Shown here: piece after piece, positions 26,130 to 42,511 of the stretch
Position numbering within the stretch: position 1 is the stretch's first letter
Layout: each line of letters opens with the position of its first letter
From: Piromyces finnis finn
Lineage: Eukaryota > Fungi > Neocallimastigomycota
DNA length: 64,000 nucleotides
Assembly: GCA_002104945.1 (NCBI GenBank)
Contig: MCFH01000028.1
Location: forward strand, 62,001 to 126,000
Direction: 5' to 3'
Program-made: the position numbers and the translations under genes
The notes under the pieces: model-generated
Database searches by the model: none
Seen by the model: only the letters and a program-made list of their open reading frames with translations
Told to the model about the DNA's origin: nothing

Positions 26130-27808
26130 ATGTTAAGTTGTTACGGTATTGAAACTCATTCACCACCTTCACCAAGAATTGGTCATAGTATTCATTATTT
26201 AAAAAAAAGAAAAGAAATTATATTGTTTGGTGGTGCTAGTATAGAGGAAGGTACAAGCAATGAAATATATATATATAATATTCTTAAAAATACTTGGACC
26301 AAAAATAAAGTAGTATATCAAGAAGTAAATGGAAAGTTATCAAAAATTCCAGAACCAAGATATGAACATACAGGTATTATAATTGAGAATGAAAATGGGG
26401 AAGAAGAATTATTCATTTTTGGAGGAACAACAGGAAATAAATTATTAAATGATTCATTCATATTTAATTTTAGTAAGTACATTCATTAGACTTTAATGTT
26501 TCTATTATAGTAGTATTTTGAATATAATATATTTTTTAATATTTCAAAACAATTTATTTATTTTATTTAATTCTATTTTTTTCTTTAATTCTATTATTAA
26601 ATATATTTCAAAAATATTATTGTTATATAATTAATAATAATAATAAAAAAAAAAAAAAAAAATGGAACCAACTTATTTAAAATAATAGCTTCAAATGGAT
26701 GGAGAGAAATTAAAACAACTGGAGATATACCCACACCTCGTTCTATTAATTCAGGTGTTTATGTTAATAATGAATATTTAAAAAATTCTATAGTTATTTT
26801 TGGAGGAAGCCAATATAATACTCAACCCGTCAATGATTCATCAACTTATATATTGAATTTAGGTAGGTTCTATATTATTATTTTTATTTTAATAAATCTT
26901 TATTATAATATATGGTATTATAAGTTATTTTATTTTTATGCAATTAACATAGGCATATATGAATGTTAATTTTAATAAATATTTAAAACTAATTTTATAA
27001 TAATTCAATCACTACATTTCATTTTACTGCTAGATTCAATGGAATGGAAAAAATACAATATTATTCCATCACCATCTATTCGTTTAGGTCATACTGTAAC
27101 ATATAACCCAATTAATTCAGAAATTTATTTATTTGGAGGAATGAATAATGGAGAGGTTTATAATGATTTATGGAAATTAAATTGTTGTTCTTTAAAGTGG
27201 GAGAAAATAACAGATGATGAAAAAAACTCTCCAAAAGGACGCTCAGGCCATACCGCTGTTATTGATTCAAATAATTTGTATATATTTGGTGGAATGCAAC
27301 ATAATCCTCCTCATGTTTTTGAAGACATTAATCTTTATAGTATATGTAAGTGGGATATATTACTCAAATATTATATTGTATTATTGTATAATTTTCAATA
27401 AAGTGACCCTTCATTAATCAACTTGATATTTTATAAAAAAAAAAAAAAAATAACCAATAATAATATAAATTAGTGGAAAAAAAATGGAAAGTTATTAATC
27501 CAGTTTTATGTACATCTGAATCCTATAAGCCAAGATTAGGTTTAGCTTCATGCCTAGTTGGTTCACCAAAAACAAGAACAAATACAAAATTATTAATGGC
27601 TAGTGAGGGAGAATCAACCTTTGAAGGTGATGTCAATCAAGAAGATAAAAAAGAAAATACATCAAATGAAATACAAGAAATTCGCTTTGATGAAGAAAAT
27701 GCCTACCTAGAAAACATTACAAAAAATAATACTGTTAAAAATATTGCATTATTTGGTGGTGCAGATTTTTATGGTATTTATAATGATCTATATTTAATGA
27801 AATTATAA
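26130..27808 (+). CDS. Kelch-repeat beta-propeller protein, RABEPK (Rab9 effector p40)-like; 4 exons
   Basis: Repeats SPRIGHSIHYL..FGG, PRYEHTG..FGG, PTPRS..FGGSQYNTQPVNDSSTYIL, RLGHTV..FGG, GRSGHTAV..FGG. The second and third resemble human RABEPK PRYEH and FGGGERGAQPVQD as recalled. Confidence 0.8.
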
Positions 27809-28664
27809 TTATAGCAATAGATTAATATGTTTTTTATTATTATAATCTATAAAGTAAAAAAAAAAAAAACATCATCCTTTTTTTCATATTTTAAATAATA
27901 ATTTATAATATAATTAAAGTGTCTTATAATGATAAAAATACCAATAGCAATAGCAATATATACATTAATATTATCATATTTTTATGTATATTTGCTTTTA
28001 GTAATAATTTATGTTAATATATTGTTTTTTTTGACAGTTTTTTTTTATTAAAAAATTTAAATATTTTAGACTTTCTAAAAAACCAGCTATGATTTATGAT
28101 TTATAGTTACACAAATCAATTTTAAAAAAACATTTTTAAAGTAAATAAAAAAAAGAGTTTTATCTTATTTATTAGTAACATTTTATTAAAGATGTATATA
28201 TTTAAGAGTTTATTAATATTTTATAATCTACCATTAAAGCTAAAAATTATTCTGGTTTAAATAAACAGTATTCCAGTATTCTATATAATAATTTATATAA
28301 TATTATATTTGTAAAATAATAAATTTTATTAATATATAAAATATTTGTTGTTGTACCACACAAAAATAAATTTTTGGTAATAAATTTATAATAATAATAA
28401 TTATAATAATAATAAAAATATATATTTTTTAAAAAATAAAGAATTAAAATTGAAATCCGCATTGTATTATCATATTAAAGAAATTGATGTTGTTTTTTAA
28501 TAGAAACTTTTAAGTAGAAGAAAAGGAGGGAAAAAAAAGGAAAAGAAAAAAAAATTAGTTATTATATTCAATATCTGCATTTAAAAATATTTTAAATTAT
28601 TTAAAATAAATTTTAAAAATATAATTCAAAATCATTTAAAGTTCAAGGTATCATATAAGAGATA

Positions 28665-33251
<4,587 letters not shown>

Positions 33252-33830
33252 AATGAATGTGAATATTTAACAACGACAATAACAAAAAAACCAACCGACA
33301 ATAACAAAAAACCAAACAACTAACAAGTAAACCAATAAAAAAACTAATTATATAATTTATTAATTTATTATTACTATTTCATTTTTTTTTATTTCTTTTT
33401 CTTTATTATACACTCTTTTTATATTATGTATATAGTACAATAATTTTATCACTTTTATATCATAAAAATACTAAAGAATTAAATAAATAAATAAATAAAT
33501 ATTAGTACTGCATATGTTATTCATGGATTCATATTCATTTATCAACGCTCTATGTAAAAAGAAAAGTTTAAAAATCTCAATATGCTTTTCATCTTTCATA
33601 GTTATAATAACCTTTTTAGTTTTCCAATTTTTATTGATGTTTAAATTATTACAAAATTTATAGGTTTTTCCTTTCATATTTTCATTTTTTTCTTTATTTT
33701 TTAATTTTTTTTTTTTAAAAAATTATTTTGAATTCTATAATTAAAAAAAAAAAAAAAAAAGAAAAAACATTTCAGATAAAAAATTTATTTGGTGTATTCA
33801 TTATATTATTCCTATTTTATGAAGGTATTG

Positions 33831-33935
33831 CTATAGTAAACCATGAGATCTAAGTCGTAAAACCAATTCTTCAATTCTTTTATCTTTCAGTAATAATAAT
33901 TGTTCCAATTTTGATGTTTTAACTTGTAGTATCTA

Positions 33936-33980
<45 letters not shown>

Positions 33981-36057
33981 AATGAATAATAATTTGTTAA
34001 AAAAAAATATTATAGAACAAAAAATATTAAATAATATATTTATATCAAATAAATATATACATCAACTGTTTCTTGAAGATCATTTATTAATTTATCTTTT
34101 TCTGACAATTCACCTATAAGTAAATCATGGTTTTTTTTAATGAAATCTAAATAATTCGTATTTTTATGGTATATTGAAGAATATTCATTATCGTCTATAT
34201 CTATATATAAAATTTTATATAATATGGATAATATTTTTAAGAATAGAAAAGTTAGTTAAATTTAAAATGAAATATTTGTATACTTTTAGTTAAAACTATT
34301 ATGATTATGAATATGAATAACTTTATTTTTATATCTTTTTTTTTTTGATTAACATACTCTCTGTATTATTATTTTTATTTGATTTGTATTCATGTTCATA
34401 ATTATTTATATCAGTATTGTCAGTAGTTTTTGATGATCGTGATTCATTGCTAACACTTGATTTTAACTTTGTATTTATTTTATTCTTGGATTTAGACATT
34501 GATTCAATAGAGGAATTATTTTTAATTAAAGATTTATTAGATGATTTTGACGATTTTATAGATGTTATTTTTGGTTTTGACATAGATTTTTCAAAGTGAG
34601 ATGAATTTATTTTTTTCTTCTCATTAGAGATAGTATTATTTGAAGAAGAAAATGTTTTTTTTATTTTAGAAGTACTACTTTTTTTCTTACTTTTAGTAAG
34701 ACTATTATTTTTAATTGTTGAGGATGTGATATTAACATTAGTTTTATTTATATTGTTATCATCCTCTATCCCATTCATATTACTCTCATTTATATTTATA
34801 TTGCTGCTTTTTCCAATAGTATTATTTATATTAGTATGATTTATCTTTTCATTAAAGTGATGTTGACACTGACAACAATGAAAATGTTCTTCGGATGAGT
34901 TACTATTTTCTTGAATAGAATTATTATTAGAAGAAACATTGGTTTTTGGTGATGGGGTATTATTATCGCTTTTTGGTGTGCTACATTTTGATAATGAGTT
35001 ATGTTGATAAATACTTGAAACAGGTCCTAATGTTAACGATCCATTGTCAGGATTATTATTAATTGTTGGAAATTCGCCTTTATAAACATAATAGACAATA
35101 TAAAAATATATATATATAAATTTTAATATTATCATCATTATTTTTATCATCCCCACCATTATCATAACTTTTTTTTTTTTGTCGATTGATATTGTAATAT
35201 AATAATTATAATTTTTTTTTTAATTTTACCATTAGTAAGATTTTCATTACTATTATTATTTGTAAGAGTTACAAAACTATTTGCAGATACAGATCTTGTT
35301 GTTTTCGGATGACGTTTTGTATATTCATTAATCTTTTATAAATATATATATATTAATAGTATTGATATATCAGTTCAAAATGAATTCAAGAAAAAAATAT
35401 GGAATAGTATTAATAAATATTAAATTATTAATATTAGTAATAATAATAGAGTATTATAAAACTAATAATTATTTTTACTTTTATTTTTAAATCTATCAGT
35501 AATTCTTCTACTTTTCCTGATACACAATTAATAACATCATTTATTTGATCTTCTGATACCTTGAAATCTATTTTGTTAAAAACTTTATCTATTATTGATA
35601 TATCAATAACAATCTAAATGAATATATTACTATTATTTTTTATTTTTCAAAAAAAAAAAAAAAAAAAAAGTAAAATATCTTTTTATTAAAATTTAATTTC
35701 ATAAACATACTATTCAGTGTATTCCAGTTATATTGTTTATGTGCGATAGAATTTGCAGGTGAATAATTATGTAAATCTATTAGTTTTGGACAATAATATT
35801 TTATAACCTCTGCTGTTGAAACTATTATATATATATTAATATGTCAAAATCATATATTTATTATTTCAATATTGAAATAATTTATTTATATATATTGAAA
35901 ATTTCAAAATAAAATGATTTAAAACAGGTATATATATTTTATTTCTACCTCCATCGCTAAAATCTCTAGAAAAGTTTTTTTTTGGTCTTGATAATGGCAC
36001 ATCATCAATCCAATAATATAGGTCTTTAATTTTTGAACTTGATAGTTTTTTTGACAT
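33831..36057 (-). CDS. SPEF1: Sperm flagellar protein 1 (SPEF1/CLAMP): N-terminal CH domain, long S/K/N-rich linker, C-terminal coiled coil
   Basis: LYYWIDDVPLSRPKKNFSRDFSDG, DLHNYSPANSIAHKQYNWNTLN; terminal exons ELSEKDKLINDLQETVD and ILQVKTSKLEQLLLLKDKRIEEL. ORF 34329..35165 supplies the linker. Confidence 0.88.
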
Positions 36058-36993
36058 TTTGAACTTTTCAATTTTTACTTTTATTATATTCTCTGGTAGT
36101 TCAATTCAGTTTTCATAAAAGAATTTTTTTTATAATATTTATGTACATTTATTTTTAAAATCCCAACAACTTGTAAGTTACTTTTGATACTTTATTATTA
36201 AAAGACTATTTAAAAACTTTTAATAAATATATATAAAAATTGTTTTTTTTTTTTCCTCAGTAAAAATAACAGTTATAAGAAATTTAATTCTACAAACAAA
36301 GTACAGTTTACTTTTTTTTTTTTTTTTTTATATATTCACAAGTTTCAATCTATTTTGAAAAGTTTTATTAGTTTTTCTTTAAAATGACTTTTTTAATATT
36401 ATGCTTTTTTTTTTTTTTTTTTACAAAATTTATTAACAATGCTCTGATAAATAATACATACAAATAAATAAATGTTTTATATTATTTCAAAAAAAAAAAA
36501 AAGTAAAAAGAAAGCACTTTAAATATCAAAAAATTGATTTTTTTTTTTTTTCCCTTTTCTTCTTAATTTATTAATGCTGTTAAATTGATGATACTTTTAT
36601 GCTTGGTTTCATATTAAGATATTATAAAAAATAAACTTTTATATTTTCATTTAAATTGTTTACAAAATTTATATGAATAATAAATTTTAATAACTTTAAA
36701 AAAATTTATTTTTTTTTTTTTCAAATTTAGTTTTAAAAAGGTATTTTTTTTTTTTTTAAAAAAAAAAAGAGTATTTAAAGTTAATATTCATTTTTCCTTT
36801 GCATCTTTAATATTTAAACCTTTTGTAAAACGATGATATCTTTCTATATGCTTTTTTATTTTTTTTATAAAATGGAATTTTTTTTAATGTATTATTGTTA
36901 TGCTGATGATGATTTTAATTCCTTTATTTTTTTATTATGATGAGTAGCTGTTAACTTTATATATAATAACTAATTTTCTGAATATTGTAAAGT

Positions 36994-38091
36994 TTAGTTA
37001 ACATTAAAATTATTATTTTTTAATTCTTTTAATTTTTGACCAGTTAATGTAATTGGTGTTAAATCTTTTGGTCTAGTAAATATTTGATAATGGCAAACTC
37101 CTTTAACACTCTTTTTGTCTGGAGTATTTGAGAAATAGATGATGTCAGATTCTGGGAATTTTTCATGTAAAATTTTTCCAGCATGTTCTCTAGTAAATTC
37201 TTCAGAAGTCCATAATACAAAATGGCCAATATTTGGTTCAAGCCAATAAGGAAAATCATTTCTTCTTATAGTATAGTAAACATCTTCTGATTCAAAAATA
37301 AGTTTTTTTGTATCACTCTTTGGTTCAAATGCTTTTCTAATACCAGTTTTTTCATCTATAATTTCGGAATATCCCATTACAACAATTTTTATGTAATCTA
37401 TTTTTATTTAATATGAATATGTATTATTAATATATAAATAATAAAATAAATATAGAAGTTTAATACGTTAAATAAATAACTTATAAATAATTTATAAATA
37501 ATTTATAAATAATTTATTTTTTCTTTTTTAATTTTTATAATTTTATATTAAATGTTTTTTTTTTATGTTCTTTAAAAGTTAAATTTTTTTTTTTTTTTAA
37601 TTTTTTCAATAAATTAAATAATTTATCTATTATTATTTACCATTAATAGAAGAATATTTCTTTTTCAATACTTTCATCCAATTCATATAAACGGCTTCAT
37701 CAGCAGGTGATCTTACCATTACTTCAACTGAATTTTTTTCAACTATATATTTCATTTCTTCCCAATGAAATGGTCGAGCCATTTTAACTTTTTTATTTTT
37801 AATAAGTTCAATTTTTTCTTCACTATCAATAATAACATCTTTTGGAAATGTTTTTGGAGTTGATGAAGACATATGACGATATATTGTATTAAGATAAGAT
37901 GAATTGAAAGAAATTGAATTTTTATTTTGGATAGTAATGCTTTTATTAATTAATAAGGGTATTGAAACGTTATTAACAGTTAAGGCTGTTGAATGATAAG
38001 AATTTAAATTAGTTTTTTGAATATTATAAGTAACGAAATTTGAAATTGGTTTAATGACTTTAATACTATTATTTTTTACAGAACTTAACAT
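36994..38091 (-). CDS. DUF3605-family (HIT-like; GIG1/YPL067C-like) protein with a probable organellar presequence; exons 38091-37641 and 37397-36994
   Basis: The two ORFs join in frame across a GT-AG intron. Motifs FHWEEMKYIV, RRNDFPYWLEPNIGHFVLWT and KSVKGVCHYQIF match my recollection of DUF3605. Confidence 0.72.
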
Positions 38092-38221
38092 TTTATTTTT
38101 TTATATTTAATATTATATTATTTAATGAAATTGGTAATATCAACTTTTATTTATTATTCCTTGATTATTTGACTTTAAAATATGAATTTTGTTTAATTAG
38201 CTTATATATTTTATGTATTTC

Positions 38222-38258
<37 letters not shown>

Positions 38259-39348
38259 CAATTTATACTTTATTAAAAAAAAAGAAAAAAAAAAATTAAT
38301 GTATTTTTTAAATTTTTATTTAATTATATAAAAAAAAAACATTTTAAAATTTAATATAAAAATATATATTAAAGTTGTCTTTTACTTTTAAACGTTGAAA
38401 TAAAAGATTTTTTTTTTTTTTTAATTTCCTTGATGATATTGTTGGTTGTTGTTTTTTGTTACCATTTATGGTCTTTACAACTAAAAAGAAACAATAACAA
38501 ATTAATAGAATATTTTAAAATATAAAATTAATGCTATATAAAAGCGCTATTTTATAATGATTTTTTCTTTATTATGATTATCCTTTTAAACATAATCATA
38601 AAATATAAAGATTTCTTTTAATTTTAAATAATTAACTATAAAGTATAAAGTGTTTTATTTTATTTATGCCATTATAAAAGTTATCCAAATATCATAATAA
38701 ATGGAAGAAATATGCATAGAGTAGTTAAAAATTTATTTACATATATTTAAAATTATTGTAATATGCTGAAGAAAGTGTTACACTTTTTATATATCCGTCA
38801 TCATGATTATTTATCATTTTATTTATTAATGAATATTTTTTTTCTTTTGTAACATTACAAAAAGTTTGAAAGTTCATTAATAAAATGTTTTTGTGTTAAA
38901 GAAAGAAAATGATTAAACCATTTTTATGAATGTAAAAAAACCTTTAAATAAAGGATTTTTAAAATGAAAAAATGAATATATTGAATATTTTAATATTTTT
39001 TCATTGAAGTAATATTAATTTTAATGATTGGAATAACTTTATTAAAAAAAAGTGATAATTAGATCATCACGTTTGAAAATATAATAATCAAAAAGTATTA
39101 TTAATACTATTAAATTAGTTTTAATAATTTTTAATTTAATTATATATATTCTATTACTATTATTATAATTGTGAACTATCACCACTACTACTTCATTGCT
39201 ACTACTATTTTTATTATTATTATTACTATTACCAACATTATCACTACTACTACAACTCCAACCATTTCTGTTATATTACTATGCTACAACTCCAACCATT
39301 TCTATTACCACCACTACAAAAACAACTCCAATTACTACCATTTCTACT

Positions 39349-39722
39349 ACTTTCTGGTCATCGCAATGCTATATTTTAATTAAACAAATAGATTTCCCTT
39401 GCTCGTACCAGTTCTAAGTTGGTTGTTAATTGTATACCAGCCAGAAAAGCTAAAGCTTGTTCACTTTAAGTTCGTCAAGAAGTCTTTCAGCTAGTGAAAG
39501 TCAGAAGTTCTTAAGTCAGCCCCCAAGCTGTAGATCAGAGGCCCAATATATCCAATCCTTATCTCAAAATTACGGATTTTTTTTTTTTCGACTTCCCTTA
39601 TCTACATTGTTCTATCAACTAGAAACTGCTAACTTTGGAGATCTTCTGAGGGTATGAGTACAACTAGGTATGAAAATTATTATTTCCCCAAGATTTCAAG
39701 GACTCACAGGAACTCACCGTCA
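39349..39722 (-). pseudogene. Degenerate 28S (LSU) rRNA fragment A
   Basis: The reverse complement contains ctagttgatagaacaatgtagataagggaagtcg, gataaggattgg, aacaaccaacttagaactggtacg and taattaaaatatagcattgcgatg, all conserved eukaryotic LSU blocks in the right order, with many substitutions and a short deletion. Confidence 0.9.
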
Positions 39723-42511
39723 TTCCAATTACTACTACCATCACTACTACCACTACCACTACCACTATCACTATTACTATTACTACTACTATCACTTCTT
39801 CTATGGCGTAATGTTACATGTATTTTTTCTGTATTTAATGGATCATTTATCCTTCATGTTTTGGATAAATTAATATTAAGAATACCAATAATTTAATTAC
39901 AAAAAAACATAATATATTGTAATATAATACATTTAATTATAATTTATATTAATCTAATTTAATTTCATTATTTTTTAATAATTCCTCATTAGAAAATGGA
40001 AATTCTCGATGTAAAAGGAAATTAATTTAATTATTTCATATAATAAGAATACATTCTATTATATGCAATAATAAAAAGAAATAAACAAATTTTAGTTTAA
40101 TTAAACTATTAAATACATTAATGTATTAATAATGTATTAATGGATGTATCAAAGGATGAAATATAAAAATTCAATGGTAAACAACATATTATAAGTTTAT
40201 TATAATATATGAACAATTGAATATTATTATATAATAATATTGATCTATATATTAAATTGTAATTAAAAACTAAATATATTTTCCATATATCGAAGTATAA
40301 TTTAAATAAATAAAATAATTATATGTATAAGATAAATATTTTATTATTTGTTTATAAATAAATAAATAAATAAATAAATTAATAAATAACTAAATAAATA
40401 ACTAAATAAATAAATATATAATTAAATAAATAAATAATTAAATTAATAAATAAATTAATAAATAACTAAATAAATAACTAAATAAATAAATATATAATTA
40501 AATAAATAAATAATTAAATTAATAATGGATAATAATATTAATATTATTGTTTGGTTTAATTAAAATTATAATTAAATATATTCTTATTATTTTTATTATT
40601 TAATATAGTAAATAATAGTAAAAAATAATAACAATAATAAACATGTAATAATAATAGAAAAGGATTATATTTAATATTAATTATTATAATAAAAGGAATA
40701 GTACTATTGAAAAAAATAGCTTTATAATTATCAAAGGATTCAACTTAAGAGATGTCTTTTTTTTTTTTATTCTAATTCATTAACTCTACTAAATCTATAT
40801 TATACTTTATTTTCCTTATAAATAATTAGTTTGCTTAGTCTGCTTAGCAATAAATAAAATCTGGCTAAAATTAACTAAACCCTTTTTTTAAATTTAATTA
40901 ATAAATAAATTAATAAAGAAAAAAATTTTTTATATTTTTTTTTATATTTCTTTTTTTTTTTTTTTTTTTTCCCTTTTTTCTTACTTTTTACTTTTTTTTT
41001 CTAAAAGGAAAAGACTAAAAAAAAAAAAAAAATAAAAGCTTTTTTATATTAAATATAATAAATAAATATTTTTTTATTATATTTTTATTTTTTCTTTTAA
41101 GAAATTAAAATAAATTAAAATAAAAAAACATTTATTAATAAAAAAAAAATTACTTTTTTTTTTATTATTATAAAATCTATTATTTATATTTATATATTGA
41201 AAAATATATTTCTTTTGGTTAGTGATTTTTATTTATATATATATAACTAAATATATGTATTCTTTTTTTTTATTATTTTAAAACATGTTAATTGTGTATA
41301 AAATTATACATTATGTATATAAATAATAAAAAGCTTTAATGTAAATATCAACATTTACCTTCGGGCAACAGACATAAAAAAAAACATAAAAAAAAAAAAA
41401 ATTACATTCAAGTTAGAAATCGATAATAATAAACAATAAATAAATAAACAAATATTAAAATTTATTCAAAATTCAAAATAATAGATAAAATAAACCAATT
41501 TAGGCAATTTCAAAAATGGAGTAAAGTGATTTTATTATATATATATATATATTTTAAAAAAAGGAGTTTGAAAATAACAAAACAAAACAAAAACAAAAAT
41601 TAAAAAATTAATAATAAATTGATGTACTTTTAATTATTCAAGCTAAATAAAAAACTAAAATAATCAATATAAACAATAATTGTAAAATAAATAAATAATA
41701 AATTAATAAATATAATCAAAATAATGCTATTTTTTGTTTATTATTACCGAAAATAAAGTTGTTGTTGTTGTTTTATGATTATTAAAAAATGTTAATTATT
41801 TTTAAATATTTAGGATATAAATATATATAAAATAAATATTTTAAATATAAAATATAGATAATATCATATCATATATGGCAATAGAAAACAAAATGTATTA
41901 TAATTTTGATATTTTAATAACCATTCTATTCATTATTATTACATATAAAACATTTTTTATTATTTTTTTCAATTTGAATTTAATACTGAAAAAAAAAAAA
42001 TAAACAAAATAAATAATTTTAGGGAGGGAGGAAAACAACAAATAGAAATAGTTTTACAAATTTATAATCTTATTTAAAATTTATTTATAATGATAATTTT
42101 ATATAAAAGCACAATTAATGGAAATAAAAAAAGTTTTTTTTTTTTTTTCTTTTTTAATATTTAAAAAATATAAATTATTAAAATTTTACTAACAATCTTT
42201 TCCTTATATATATTTGTCTTTATAAATATATTTAACAGTATTTTTGAAATATAAATAGTATAATATATTATATATAAATAATAATATAAATATTTAGTTG
42301 CAAGTGTAATAATTAATAAATAATTTATAGATATAAATAATTTTTATTATTATTGCAACAATAATTATTGTTATTACAATTAATTAAAGCAAAATAAAGT
42401 CACTATATCAACAAGTTATTTATTGATTAAATCAACAAATACAATTGCCAATAATAAATATATATAAAGGAGATTTTTGTTTTTTTTTTTGTAAGAAAAA
42501 GTTAAAATAAA

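Noticed and set aside
39171-39896. Cluster of short plus-strand ORFs
   Set aside because: They arise from ACT/ACC triplet repeats and the antisense of the 28S fragment.
40365-40525. About 76-bp direct duplication
   Set aside because: Made only of TAAA-type low-complexity sequence; simple slippage, no spacer structure, not CRISPR-like.
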